DNA from: Octopus vulgaris
Taxonomy: Eukaryota
Assembly (NCBI GenBank): GCA_951406725.2
Contig: OX597830.1
Location: forward strand, 22,320,001-22,384,000
Direction: 5' to 3'
Length of the DNA: 64,000 nucleotides
Shown here: positions 26,641 to 38,131 of the stretch, piece by piece
How the letters are laid out: each line of letters begins with the position of its first letter
Position numbering within the stretch: position 1 is the stretch's first letter
The notes under the pieces: generated by a model
Database searches by the model: none
What the model was told of the DNA's origin: nothing
Seen by the model: the letters and a program-made list of their open reading frames with translations, nothing else
Position numbers and translations under genes: made by a program

Positions 26641-27538
26641 GCTAGCATCTCATGCACGAAGGTGCTGTATCTCATTTCTGGATCCCTGAGCTGGCATGAA
26701 AAGAATGTGTCTTTTTTTCCTTTCTGTTCTTTAAAAGATCAGTTGACGTGTTTTGCTCAAGACAGGGTCATGATTTTTTTCGATTCTCATAAGTGTTGTC
26801 GATTCCTCTGTCGAGACCCACAGAACTTACAGTCACACTCATCTGATTTAGGAGCACCACTTGATCGACCTTGTTCAAAAGATTTCTTTTTCTTAGAAAT
26901 AACACTCTTAGATTTAGTTTTGGACCGAACTGCATTCACCATCTTGGTCTTCAGAATTTTTGATTGGACTGAAGCATTTTCAGCAGCTTTACAAATGTCA
27001 ATACACTGCTGAAGTGTTAAATTCTTCTCATGAAGAAAAGATTGCTGTGTTGTTTGGTCTGATATAGAACCAATCTATCTTTAACTAGCAGTATCGCCCG
27101 GTGTTGTTCGGGTTTGTTTCGACCCTTTAGAATTGAAATTTTTGAAAAGTAAACATTTTGCATTATGTAGCTTGTTATTCTCTTTAAGTGAACGTTTTTC
27201 TGGTTGAAATACACCGAAAATGGCGACACAGCAGTAAAAAAATCGTAAAAAATAGGGATTTTCATAGAAAAAAAGCACCTTTTTGATGTAAATAATTTTT
27301 GGTGTCAATTTTGGTCAACTTGCGCCGCAGGGTCTCGGAGGAGATAGTGTTAGTTGAAAGCTATCAAACCTGCCATACACAGACAACTTCAGCTTTATAT
27401 ATAGAGAGATAATAGAGTCCACACAGTTCAGACAATAGTTGTATGTTTTCACGAGAGAGCAAACACTGCTCTGAAAAGTCTCAAATGTTTCACATTCTTT
27501 CTGAACGCGTCTATTAAACACGAAGCGCTCATAGGTCT
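26640..27538 (-). mobile_element. Decayed Gypsy gag of a second family, split by a Helitron
   Basis: YERFVFNRRVQKECETF..CVDSII|KDRLVL..DICKAAE..CKFCG. Confidence 0.7.
27085..27409 (-). mobile_element. Non-autonomous Helitron inserted between A and T in gag
   Basis: TC...hairpin cccgaacaacaccggg...CTAG; removing it rejoins DSII-KDRLVL. Confidence 0.85.
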
Positions 27539-27953
27539 TGTAACAGGATCTGGTATCGGTATCACTGAAAGGGTGTCGATCCGATCCCGTCACATACAAT
27601 TTAGTTAGATATAACAGACGAAGTCAGGTTATCGGTGAAAGACAGCAGTTTGTTTATTAATCGTGATGGCGTACGTATATCTGATGGGAAAACGACAGCC
27701 GAATCTGTTGTACAGCTTCTTGTTCGTTGGTTGAAGTGGTTCGATGTCGTCCACGGCTAAGTCGGTGTGGTTATCAGAGACTACCAGTGCACGTCTGTTC
27801 ACGATGGCTGAACGGCCAGAGAGAATGAATGAGTCTGTGTCCCTTAGGGGGTCAGTTTCCCGCACATGCGCATGGGGAAGACTTCCGGTGGCCACCCGGA
27901 AGTAGTCCCATTCTGCGCATGCGCGCTGAACCTTACACAGTAGCATCACTACA
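27539..27953 (-). mobile_element. 3' LTR (415 bp) of a Gypsy element
   Basis: TGTAAC...CACTACA termini; purine tract gagggggagcca immediately upstream on the - strand. Confidence 0.75.
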
Positions 27954-28056
27954 TGGCTCCCCCTCGAGTGCGGAAGTACGAAAACAAGAATATTTGTAGT
28001 GGAGCTGCAGAAAAACAGATGGCTTGCCGATCCCCCACAAGATTTGGTACATAATA

Positions 28057-29037
28057 TCATACAAAAAAAACAAGAAATTTGAAAGTAAGTTCAATATAGA
28101 TTGTCTTTGAAAGTTTCTTGGGCCAATGCACTGTTCTGCCCGATCTTGTAACATACGGTGTGCTCTGGGCACCCGTTGATGGCAAGGATGGTGTTGTAGG
28201 AGCCGGCGAAGGCAAAGGTGTCTGTGCAGGTGAAGGTGCATAGGTGGGTGTGGCAAGGTTGTCAACAAAAGATGAAGATGTCTCAAAATATGCTTTCTTT
28301 AATCGGTCCACGGAAACGGTCTCCGAATGACCATTTATTTCAATAGTGAAAACCTTAGGTGTGCGAGAAAGCACACGGAAAGGTCCTTTATAGGGAGAAA
28401 CAAGTCGCCCCGAACAAAAACATGCGACCAAGTGTCCATATCCGGTGGGAGATGGGATGGTGGAGATTGCTTCCTGGGAACCATGGGTGGAAGGTTCGAG
28501 AAATATGCACGCAGTCTGGTGACATAGGTCGCCGGATCATGGGGCTGGGAAGTGTCTGGCACCAACATCGTACCAGGCAATGCCAGTGTGGTACCATACA
28601 GCAGCTCTGCAGCAGAAAACCCCAGGTCTGCCTTGACAGCAGTCCGACAACCGAGAAGCACAATGGGCAGAAATTCAATCCAGGACTGTGGATCTGAAGA
28701 GGCACGAAGAGCGGCCTTGAGCTGTCTATGGAACCGTTCAACTAATCCATTAGACGCTGGATGGTAGCTAGTAGTGTGGATATGATGCACACCTAAAATG
28801 CGCGACAATTCGCGAAATAGCGAGGCTTCAAACTGACGTCCACGATCAGTAGTCAATCGGGACGGGACTCCGAAATGAAAGCTCGCGCAACAGTCTCAGC
28901 AGAAATGTCTGCTATCAGAATGGCTTCTGGCCAGCGGGAGAAGCGATCGACACAAGTTAACAGATAAGAAAACCCGCGACTCACAGGCCATGGTCTAACC
29001 AGATCGATGTGGACATGGCGAAAACGGGCCTCCGTGG
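28057..29037 (-). pseudogene. Gypsy integrase core and C-terminus (frameshifted)
   Basis: [52 protein letters not shown]. Confidence 0.9.
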
Positions 29038-29454
29038 GGTTCCATTCACAGTGACTGTTTGAGTTCTATTTGTAAGGAACTCATGTATCCATGTACCAAC
29101 TTTTCTTCCTACTCCTAGCTTTCGAAGTTTGTGACCCAGGATGCCATGATCTACCTTGTCAAATGCCTTGGCAAAGTCGAGGTAAATAACATATGTGTTG
29201 TATCCATTCTCTAGATTTTCTAGGATTTGGTCATGGTGTGCCAGTAGTTGGGAAAGACATGATCTACCTAACCTGAATCCATGCTGGTTGCAATTCATCA
29301 GATTGTTGGATTCCAGGAACTCAACCAGTTTTCCACGAACTATTCTTTCGAAGACCTTGATAATGTGTGATGTCAGTGAGATTGGTCGGTAGTTCTTTGG
29401 TTTTGATTTGCTGTCCCCTTTATGTATTGGAGTTATGTGTGCTTCTTTGTATCC
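29038..29454 (-). pseudogene. CR1-group LINE RT N-terminal part, truncated
   Basis: KNYRPISLT, QHGFRLGRSC, YLDFAKAFDKVDH; continues ORF 34394-34771 across the RTE insertion. Confidence 0.9.
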
Positions 29455-29670
29455 TCATCATCATCATCATCATTGTTTAACGTCCGTTTTCAGCGCTAGC
29501 ACGGGTTGGATGGTTCGACCGGGGTCTGGGAAGCCAGGGGCCGCTCCAGGCTCCAGTCTGATTTGGCAGAGTTTCTACGGCTGGATGCCCTTCCTAACGC
29601 CAACCACTCCGTGAGTGGATTGGGTGCTTTTACGTGCCACCTGCACAGGGGCCGGGGGGTCCGGCATCGG

Positions 29671-32600
29671 TCACGATCGGTTCGAGCTTTTAACGTGCCA
29701 GCGGCACGGGGGCAACTGGGTCCGGGTACTTTGGGGATCCGGGGTACTTTGAATGGGTAGGGGGTATGTGGAATTGCTGCAGAAAGCAGCCTGGGTCTTT
29801 GCAGTCACAGCATATCTCCAGAGATCTCGGTCCTTCGCCATTGCCTCAGTGAGGCCCAATGCTCTGAGGTCATGCTTGACTACCTCATCCCATGTCTTCC
29901 TGGGTCTACCTCTCCCCCTGATACCTTCAACTGTTTGGGAGTGGCACTTCTTCACACATCTCTCTTCATCCATCCGCAGCACATGACCATACCATCGCAA
30001 GCGTCGCTCTTGCACACCACATCTGATGCTTCTTATATCCAGCATTTCTCGTAGGATGCTTACACTCTGTCTTGCGTGCACACTGACACTACACATCCAG
30101 CGGATCATGCTAGCTTCATTTCTTTCAAGTCTACGCATGTCCTCTGCAGTCACAGCCCATGTTTCATTACCGTGAAGCATGGCAGTTCGCACACATGCAT
30201 CATACAATCTACCTTTCGCTCTGAGGGAGAGACCTTTTGTTGCCAGTAGGGGTAGGAGCTTTCTGAACTTTGCCCAGGCTATTCGTATTCTAGTGGTGAT
30301 ACTCTCTGTGCATCCACCTCCGCTACTAACTTGGTCACCCAGGTAGCGGAAACTATCAACTACTTCTAGTTTCTCTCCCTGGAGTGTGATGGAATCTGTT
30401 TTCTGAGTGTCTGTTGTGTCTATTGTCCCTGTGCATCTGCCGCACATGAAAGCTATCTTATCTGTTAATTTCCCTTTAATGTTGCTGCACCTCTTATGTG
30501 TCCATAACTTACATTGGGTGCATCTTATGGAGTTTCTACCTGTACCTTTCCTACAGATTGAGCAGGGCCACCTACCCGAGGGGGTGTGTGCTGAGTACCT
30601 CTTGCTGCTTACTAATACTTTGGTCTTTGCTACATTTATTCTAAGGCCCTTTGATTCCAACTCTTGCTTCCACACCCGAAATTTCTCTTCTAGTTCCGGT
30701 AGTGATTCTGCTATGAGAGCTAGGTCATCGGCATAGAGGAGCTCCCAGGGGCATCCCGTTTTGAATTCCTCTGTTATTGCCTGAAGGACTATGATGAATA
30801 AAAGGGGACTGAGGGCTGAGCCCTGGTGCACACCTACTTCTACCCGGAATTCTTCACTATATTCGTTGCCAATCCTAACCTTGCTGACAGCCTCTCTGTA
30901 TAGAACCTGTACAGCCCTTATTAGCCATTCTTCAATCTCCAGTTTCCGCATTGACCACCAGATGAGGGAACGGGGAACCCTGTCAAAGGCTTTCTCCAAG
31001 TCTACAAAAGCTATGTAGAGGGGTTTATCTTTAGCTAGGTACTTCTCCTGAAGTTGTCGGACCAGGAATATAGCATCAGTGGTGCTTCTACTTGGTACAA
31101 AACCGAACTGCATTCCATCTAAACAAATTCTCTCCCTAATGAGATGGGTTATGACCTTCTCTGAGACCTTCATCACCTGGTCCAACAGTTTGATACCTCT
31201 GTAGTTATTTCTATCTAGAGCATCACCCTTACCCTTGTAGCAGTTGACTATGGTGCTGCTGCACCAGTCATTGGGTATGACTCCATTGTGAACTACCTGG
31301 TTTACAATGCGGGTGACTATGGTATAGCCCACATAGCCAGCTGTTTTAAGCATCTCAGCAGTGATTCCTGATAGGCCAGGGGCTTTGCCTGGTTTCATAT
31401 CCTTAATTGCCTTATCTACAAGGGAGCTGTCTATTCGGGTAGCTGGTCCCTCTACTGGGTCAACATTTGGCAGGCTCTCCTCCTCCCATTCATTCTCCTC
31501 ATTCAGCAGTCTTTCATAATGGCTTCTCCAAGCCTCTTTCTTTTCACTGGCAGTAAAAGCAAGTGCCCCATCATCCATGCGGACACATTTCTCTCCTATA
31601 ACATCACTATTTTCTCTGACACACTGTCTGGCAATCCGAAATACTTCAGCTCTTTGATCCTCGCGTCGCTGGACATTGGCAAGCTTCTTCTTTTCTGCTA
31701 CATCTTTGGCTATGTATACCTGCCGCCCAGCCTCCCTTTTGGCTATCTGGTACAGTTCCCTGCTGCCCCCATCCTTCCAGGCTTTCCAGGCCCGTCTCTT
31801 TTTACAGATGGCTTTATCTACTGCACTATTCCACCACCACGTAATTCTAGGTCTGGAAGGGACTTTGCACCATCCACAGACTCGGTCTGTGGCACTCAGC
31901 AAGCTGTCCCGTAGGAATTCCCAGCTACCTTCTATGTCTGACGTCTGAAGCTCCTCCTCCCTTTCATCAAATTTCTTGATGAGTATGTCCCTAAATTTCT
32001 GACCATGTGAAGGGTTCTTTAGCCTCCAAATCCTTCTTTTCTGGATTGGTTTGTTTCTTGGAGTCCTTCTGGCCTCAAGCTTAAAGTCACTGATGATTAG
32101 TCTATGCTGAGGGATACATTCTTCACCCGGGAGGGTCTTTGTATTCAAGAGCAACCCTGCATCCCGCTGTCTGGTGAGGATGAAGTCTATTTGGCTAGCG
32201 GAGTCTCCTGACTGATAAGTTATAAGGTGGCAGACTGGCTTCTTGAAGTTAGTGTTGCAGATTGAAAGGTTACATGCATCACAGAATTCCAGCAGTCTAG
32301 TTCCCTCATCATTTCTGGTGCCAATACCATAGCCACCATGTACCCCAGTGAAGATACCTGATTCCCGCCCAACATGCCCATTAAAATCTCCACCTACAAA
32401 GATGAGGTCCTTGCTACTAGTCTTTGAAGTAGCCTGCAGAAGGGTATCATAAAAGTTGTCCTTCTGATCATTTGGTAGTCCCGCTTGTGGGGCATAGGCG
32501 GAGATAATCATAGCTGTGCCATTCTGTAGGACCAACCTGAGCTTAAGCACTCTATCGCAAACCCTGACAACCTCTATGACCTCATCCACCCATTTCTCCG

Positions 32601-32781
32601 CAAGGAGAATGCCTACACCCCCTACACCTTCCACGTTACCTTGCCAGAAGAGTTTGTACCTAAGTGCCTTGCCCGTGAGGACCCTAGCCGAAGCACCTCT
32701 CCATCTTACCTCTTGTATGCAGCATACATCAACCTGTCTTCTCTCTAGCATCTCTACAATCTCACTAGACTTGCCTGTCAA
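29671..32781 (-). CDS. RTE ORF: APE endonuclease + RT with embedded PHD-like finger, uninterrupted 1036 aa
   Basis: QEVRW, SAYAPQ, GDFNGHVG, QIDFIL, NYRGIKLL, FVDLEKAFDRV, GVHQGSALSP, LLYADDL, RRLRWYGHV, RGRPRKTW. Confidence 0.95.
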   Translation of the reverse strand: MTGKSSEIVEMLERRQVDVCCIQEVRWRGASARVLTGKALRYKLFWQGNVEGVGGVGILLAEKWVDEVIEVVRVCDRVLKLRLVLQNGTAMIISAYAPQAGLPNDQKDNFYDTLLQATSKTSSKDLIFVGGDFNGHVGRESGIFTGVHGGYGIGTRNDEGTRLLEFCDACNLSICNTNFKKPVCHLITYQSGDSASQIDFILTRQRDAGLLLNTKTLPGEECIPQHRLIISDFKLEARRTPRNKPIQKRRIWRLKNPSHGQKFRDILIKKFDEREEELQTSDIEGSWEFLRDSLLSATDRVCGWCKVPSRPRITWWWNSAVDKAICKKRRAWKAWKDGGSRELYQIAKREAGRQVYIAKDVAEKKKLANVQRREDQRAEVFRIARQCVRENSDVIGEKCVRMDDGALAFTASEKKEAWRSHYERLLNEENEWEEESLPNVDPVEGPATRIDSSLVDKAIKDMKPGKAPGLSGITAEMLKTAGYVGYTIVTRIVNQVVHNGVIPNDWCSSTIVNCYKGKGDALDRNNYRGIKLLDQVMKVSEKVITHLIRERICLDGMQFGFVPSRSTTDAIFLVRQLQEKYLAKDKPLYIAFVDLEKAFDRVPRSLIWWSMRKLEIEEWLIRAVQVLYREAVSKVRIGNEYSEEFRVEVGVHQGSALSPLLFIIVLQAITEEFKTGCPWELLYADDLALIAESLPELEEKFRVWKQELESKGLRINVAKTKVLVSSKRYSAHTPSGRWPCSICRKGTGRNSIRCTQCKLWTHKRCSNIKGKLTDKIAFMCGRCTGTIDTTDTQKTDSITLQGEKLEVVDSFRYLGDQVSSGGGCTESITTRIRIAWAKFRKLLPLLATKGLSLRAKGRLYDACVRTAMLHGNETWAVTAEDMRRLERNEASMIRWMCSVSVHARQSVSILREMLDIRSIRCGVQERRLRWYGHVLRMDEERCVKKCHSQTVEGIRGRGRPRKTWDEVVKHDLRALGLTEAMAKDRDLWRYAVTAKTQAAFCSNSTYPLPIQSTPDPQSTRTQLPPCRWHVKSSNRS

Positions 32782-33428
32782 TGTACCAACATTGATAGTG
32801 CCAACTCTGAAAACTGGGAAGGAGATGTGGGGGGAGGGGGGAATTCAGCGCCTGAGAAGAGGAGGGTTGTTGTGGTGGTGATAGTTTTCGTGGCATTTTT
32901 CTTTTGATCTCTCTTCCGACCTGTCCACGCCGTGGATAGGAGCTGGTGTTAGCAGTGGACATTCGTTATCGTCACTGAGTAACGTAATTAGGTAGCGTAG
33001 TAAGGAGGAAAAATACAGATATTCTAGAGTTGAGTTGGGGGGGGGTCCAGCTGAGAAAGGTTTCACCAGTGAAAAGAGAGGGAGAGATAGTAGAGGGGGT
33101 GCAGTCAATATAGGGGAGCACCAGTGGGGAAGGTTGGGGTAAGGAAGTACGATGGCAGGAAGGGTTGGTGTAGGTTCGTAAGAAATAAAAACGTAGGATA
33201 TTACGGAGGGGACTGGAAGGAGATAGTCGGATTGAGGCAGTGTCAGGAGGAAGCGTAAGATCAGTGGGCTGTTGATGAGCTGTGGTGCTAGCAGCTTGTC
33301 TTTTCACAGTGAAAGCATATGAGGAGAAGGGGTAGGAAGGGGTGGTGGGGGAGGAGGAGGGAGTAGGGCGTATCCGGTGTAGATGGTGAGAACAGTGTTC
33401 ACCGGTATTGGGGGTGGGGGGGCGCACT

Positions 33429-34453
33429 GTCGATGGGGGAAAGATGGGATTAAGGCTTGAAGGTAGCCTAAAAAGGTTAAATTTCGTAGAGAGAGAGATA
33501 GGAAAGCCAAATCAAGTTATGGCGGAAAGATGGGGTTAATGCTTGAAGGTAGCCTAAAAAGGTTAAATTTCGTAGTGAGAGAGATAGGAAAGACAAATCG
33601 TTATTTCAACTTGAGACATTTAACAGTGGCAACGTATGAATAAATGTTGTAACAGCGAATGAATGTATGCCGTGCTATGTATGGAAAAATAAAAATAATA
33701 AGATAAATTTTAAAAAACTTGCTGTGGGTATCGACCGGAAGTTGAGTTGAAGAAGAAAGGAAGTTGAATTGGGAATTGTAAATTGTAATGGCGATTTTCA
33801 AGTTTGAGCAGAAGAAGAGAAGAAGAAGAAGAAGAAGAAGAGGAGGAAAGACCGTCGATGGCGGAATGATGGGATTAAGGCTTGAAGGTAGCCTAAAAAG
33901 GTTAAATTTCGTAGAGAGAGAGATAGGAAAGCCAAATCAAGTTATGGCGGAAAGATGGGGTTAATGCTTGAAGGTAGCCTAAAAAGGTTAAATTTCGTAG
34001 TGAGAGAGATAGGAAAGCCAAATCAAGTTATGGTGGAAAGATGGGGTTAATGCTTGAAGGTAGCTTAGAAAGGTTAAATTTCGTAGAGAGAGAGATAGGA
34101 AAGCCAAATCAAGTTATGGCGGAAAGATGGGGTTAATGCTTGAAGGTAGCCTAAAAAAGGTTAAATTTCGTAGAGAGAGAGATAGGAAAGCCAAATCAAG
34201 TTATGGCGGAAAGATGGAGTTAATGCTTGAAGGTAGCCTAAAAAGGTTAAATTTCGTAGTGAGAGAGATAGGAAAGACAAATCGTTATTTTAACTTGAGA
34301 CATTTAACAGTGGCAACGTATGAATAAATGTTGTAACAGCGAATGAATGTATGCCGTGCTATGTATGGAAAAATAAAAATAATAGATAAATTTTTAAAAA
34401 CTTGCTGTGGGTATCGACCGGAAGTTGAGTTGAAGAAGAAAGGAAGTTGAATT
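33429..34453 (-). repeat. Hierarchical tandem array at RTE copy 1 5' end (~85-bp subunit x2 and x5, each block followed by a ~260-bp part)
   Basis: Repeated gcttgaaggtagcctaaaaaggttaaatttcgtag..gataggaaag. Confidence 0.9.
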
Positions 34454-35040
34454 CTCCATAGATTCCCTCCATATCATGTAAAGGGGTTTCAACAATTGTA
34501 CCTTGCAGTTTTTAAGTATCATGGCATTGAAACCGTCAGGCCCCGCAGCCGAGTGCATGGAGAGCTTGTCTATGGCTCTTTCTATGTCTTCTGGGTTGAA
34601 ATCAATGTCGGATAGGGTAGGTTTAGTATGGTCGATATCCTTGAAGAATTTTCCTGGGTCATGGATCTTCATGGTTTTAGATGGCTCACTGAAGACACTT
34701 TCATACTGTTGACCCAACATTTCTGCCATTTCAATAGGGTTATTCACTACATCCCCATTTTGTCTCTGCACAGCAGGTTGCAGTAGGCATTTGATTCATT
34801 GACAAGTTCTATGCATGCATAGGTATCATGGATATACATGATAACGGCCCCATGGGATCTGCCTTGTCTATCACATCTGAAGATGTTGAATCTATTGATT
34901 GTGATTTCGCTGTTGCGGATGTTTTCGTTGAGATGACTTTCAGTAATTCCAATTATTTTGGAGTTGTTTTCTGTTGCTAATTCTTCCAAGAAAGGGACTT
35001 TACGCTGTTTTGTTTTCGGATAAAGACCCTGGATATTTGC
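34454..35040 (-). pseudogene. CR1-group LINE ORF2 N-terminus with internal deletion
   Basis: IIGITESHL..FRCDR..HGAV.MYI fused at ~34770 to MAEMLGQQYESVF..AAGPDG. Confidence 0.85.
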
Positions 35041-35045
35041 TGTTA

Positions 35046-36325
35046 TTATGCTTGTTGTACCGGATACATCTGCCCTATTGTTGGCAAGACTGTTGTAGTT
35101 GCTGGGACTGTGCTGACTGGATATTCGGTCTGCTGGGCTGTCTGTATTTGTTGTATGTGCCCTGTAAGTCCAGGTGTCAGCCTTTGTATCAATGTTGCCT
35201 GGTTTTGCTGAGTCATCTGTATGGAGTACAGCTGTTGTTGTAGTTGGTAGATTATGCCTAAAAAACTGCTTTCATTCATTACTATATCAAATTTCTGCGA
35301 GTTTGGGTTTGTTACAGCTGATGTATGCAATTGAGTAGCATGATTTTCATGATTTTCATTCACTGTTGAGCCATGACCTGGTTTCCACATTTTTGGGAAA
35401 TGGTTTTCATACCCTGCTGAGCTTGGTCCTGGTGGTGTGGGTTCAGTAGTTTTTATGCGAATTGTACCCTTCCGGTGCATAAATTTGCAATTCTCGCCAA
35501 AACATTCTTTTTTTCTCAGCGAATTGCGGCACATCTTTGGGTGAAGGAGTTCACATTATCGGCCATTTTGGCATCCTTTTTTTCGATCAGTACCGAAGTT
35601 GATATATGGTTTGCATGGTTTGGGGTGACTGTACGTGCACCCTTTACCTGAAGGACCATGTTTGCACTTGTTGCTCCTGTAATGGATACATACTGGCCTT
35701 TCTTCATTTGAGTGTTTGCTCTGAATCTGTTTCTTTTCGTGGGAAGTTTGGTCTTTTTCTGCAGGATCTCCTGTTTCTTGTTTTGTAGGTGTTTGCATGT
35801 CATTGTCTTCATTCTTGTCATTTACAAGAGGCACTTGGATGGCCTGTGTGTGGCAGGATTTATTTGCCATGTCAGTTTCGCCAATCAATGTCTGTTTAGA
35901 ACGGCCTGTCTGTGGTAGGGTCCTAGGTTCATTCGTTATTGTGGCCCTTGGTGAACAATAACCGCATAGCCAGTGTAGGCCTAGAATATCTGGAATGGTG
36001 TGGTTATTTATCTTTTTTAAGTAGCACGCTTCGTGTATTCCTTGTCCACAGATGAAGCATGCCAAAGCTGGTTTTTGGCCAAATGTAATGCAGTACTGTT
36101 TGTCACACATTTTGCAAGTCTCCGGGAGGAAGTTTTCAATCCTTGTTATAATCCAGTTGGTGAGGTTTGATTTTGTGAGCTGAACTTGAACACCATCATT
36201 CAAGAAAGCTGCTGCTTTCTTTAACATCGTAAACTTACAGTTGGTGAAAATATTTTTGTATATTGCTTCACTTTTCTGTTTGCTATCATATTTCGACAAG
36301 ACACTTTTTATATCTTGATTTGTGT
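35046..36325 (-). pseudogene. CR1-group LINE ORF1 with PHD finger and three CCCH-type fingers (5' truncated, one stop)
   Basis: CKMC..CFICGQGIHEAC..WLCGYC; CIHYRSNKCKHG..CTYSH; CKPY..CQNGR*CELLH; CRNS..CFGENCKFMH. Confidence 0.75.
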
Positions 36326-38131
36326 CGAATGTTACTAGTGAATTGAGAGATAAAATCCAGGTGCCGGAAAGCATGAGGTGAAAGTTTGTCCGTTTTTGAA
36401 CACAGGGCAAATGTAAGGGGCTTGTGATCCATATAGATCACAAAATCTCGCCCTTCAAGTTGATGCTGGAAATGACGAACCGATAGATAGATCGCTAGGA
36501 GCTCACGATCAAAGGTGCTGTATCGTCGTTCAGCTGGTTGCAGTTGGCGGGAAAAGAAAGCCAGAGGTCGAATATGATCATCCACTGTGTTGTAACGCAG
36601 CGCCAATCGCAGTGTCCGATGCGTCTACAGTCAAAGAGAGAGAAGCACCAGGAACCGGATGTGCAAGCAAAGAAACAGAAGCCAGCTCCTTAATGGACTC
36701 AAAGGCTGTCACTGCCTCAACAGAGAGGGTGACTTGACTGTCCTTTCTAGGAGTGTCCTTTAATAGCCTGGTGAGAGGTAGTAGCTTATCTGCACAACCG
36801 GGAATAAAACGTCTGTAGAAATTGATCATCCCTAGATAATGCCTGAGCTGGCGCAAGGAAGTGGGGGGTGCGATGCGTTGAATGGCATCGACCTTTGACG
36901 ACAGAGGGCTGATTCCACTCGAATCAATATGATGGCCTAGAAAATCTAGGGAAGAGCGTCCGAAAACACACTTTTTGGGATTTATACGTACACTATAAGT
37001 GCGAAGACGCTGAGAAAGGTGCTGGAGATGATTTTCACGTGTGTCGCTCGCAATGAGTATATCATCGACATCAAGACCGCAGACAACCTCATCAATGAAA
37101 CCCTGGAAAGTGTTAGTAGCATTCCGCAAACCGAAACTCATATACAAAAACTCAAAACACCCAAAAGGGGTAGTGATCGCAGTTTTCGGAACGTCGGCTG
37201 AGTTGACCGGTATTTGATGGTACGCGCGTATAAGGTCGACCTTTGAAAAAATGGTACAACCATGGAGATTTGCCATAAAGTCCTGTAGATTTCTGATTGG
37301 ATATCTGTCGGCTATTGTTACGGCATTGAGGCGTTGATAGTCTCCAACCGGGCGAAAATCAGACTCGCCCTTTCGCGCCAAATGAAGGGGAGACACCCAT
37401 GGGCTGGTGGAGGGGCGTATAAGGCCAAGTTGAAGCATGTGCTCAAACTCGGCCCTAGCCGTTTTTAGTCGGTCTGGCGCAAGGCGCCGTGGGCGCGAAA
37501 ATACAGGCGGCCCAGTGGTGGTGATAAAATGGAGGGTCAAGTGGGTAGGCTTTTCCGGTTGAAAGGCAATGTCCACTAGCTCCGGAAATGAAGCCAAAAG
37601 AGAGTGAAAAACGTCTCCAGAGGTGGCAACAAAGAATGTCGGGCTAAGGACCGCATTGGTGGAACTCCCAGTCGGCGTAGAGAGCGACGTTGTGCTATCA
37701 AGAAGCCTCCGACGCCTGACATCCACCAATAGATTAAACCTATCCAAGAAATCAGCGCTGAGAATAGGATGCGGGATGTCAGCGATGACGAAAACCCATT
37801 GAAAATCTCGACGAAGGTTGATGTCGAGGCGCAGCGAAATCTGACCAAAGGTGGTTACGGGAGACGAGTCAATAGCATGCAAGACAATTGAAGAGCGCTT
37901 GGGCTTGTCTGCAGCCAGACGAAGGGGCCAGATGCTGCAACAAGAGCCGGTGTCCACCATGAAGAATTTCTTCGACACCAGATCTTTTACGAAGAACGCA
38001 CGATTTTTGGGAAACGAGATGGAAGAAGGTGACGTGCTCACCTCCTCCGGATTTAGTTTTCCGAGGACTGGAAAGTGCACGGCTGGGTACACCGTTCTGC
38101 CTTTTCGGCATACTTTGAATGGTACCAGCAC
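36325..38131 (-). pseudogene. Gypsy pol (protease, RT, RNase H), defective
   Basis: FMVDTGS, SPWVSPLHL, KVDLIRAYHQIP, GLDVDDILI (residues including Y of YxDD deleted), TVDASDTAIGA, FDRELLAIY. Confidence 0.92.

Larger units (their letters stand above)
29455..34453 (-). mobile_element. RTE-clade LINE copy 1, ~5 kb, with (tga)n tail and 5' tandem array
   Basis: Single EN-RT ORF, microsatellite tail at 29455-29472, near-identical to 52079-57060. Confidence 0.95.

Noticed and set aside
29753-32881. + strand ORFs opposite the RTE, Gypsy and Penelope ORFs
   Set aside because: Antisense shadows of coding sequence with no independent motifs
33429-34453. CRISPR-like regularly spaced repeats
   Set aside because: Units are contiguous near-identical tandem copies with no unique spacers; eukaryotic context and no cas genes
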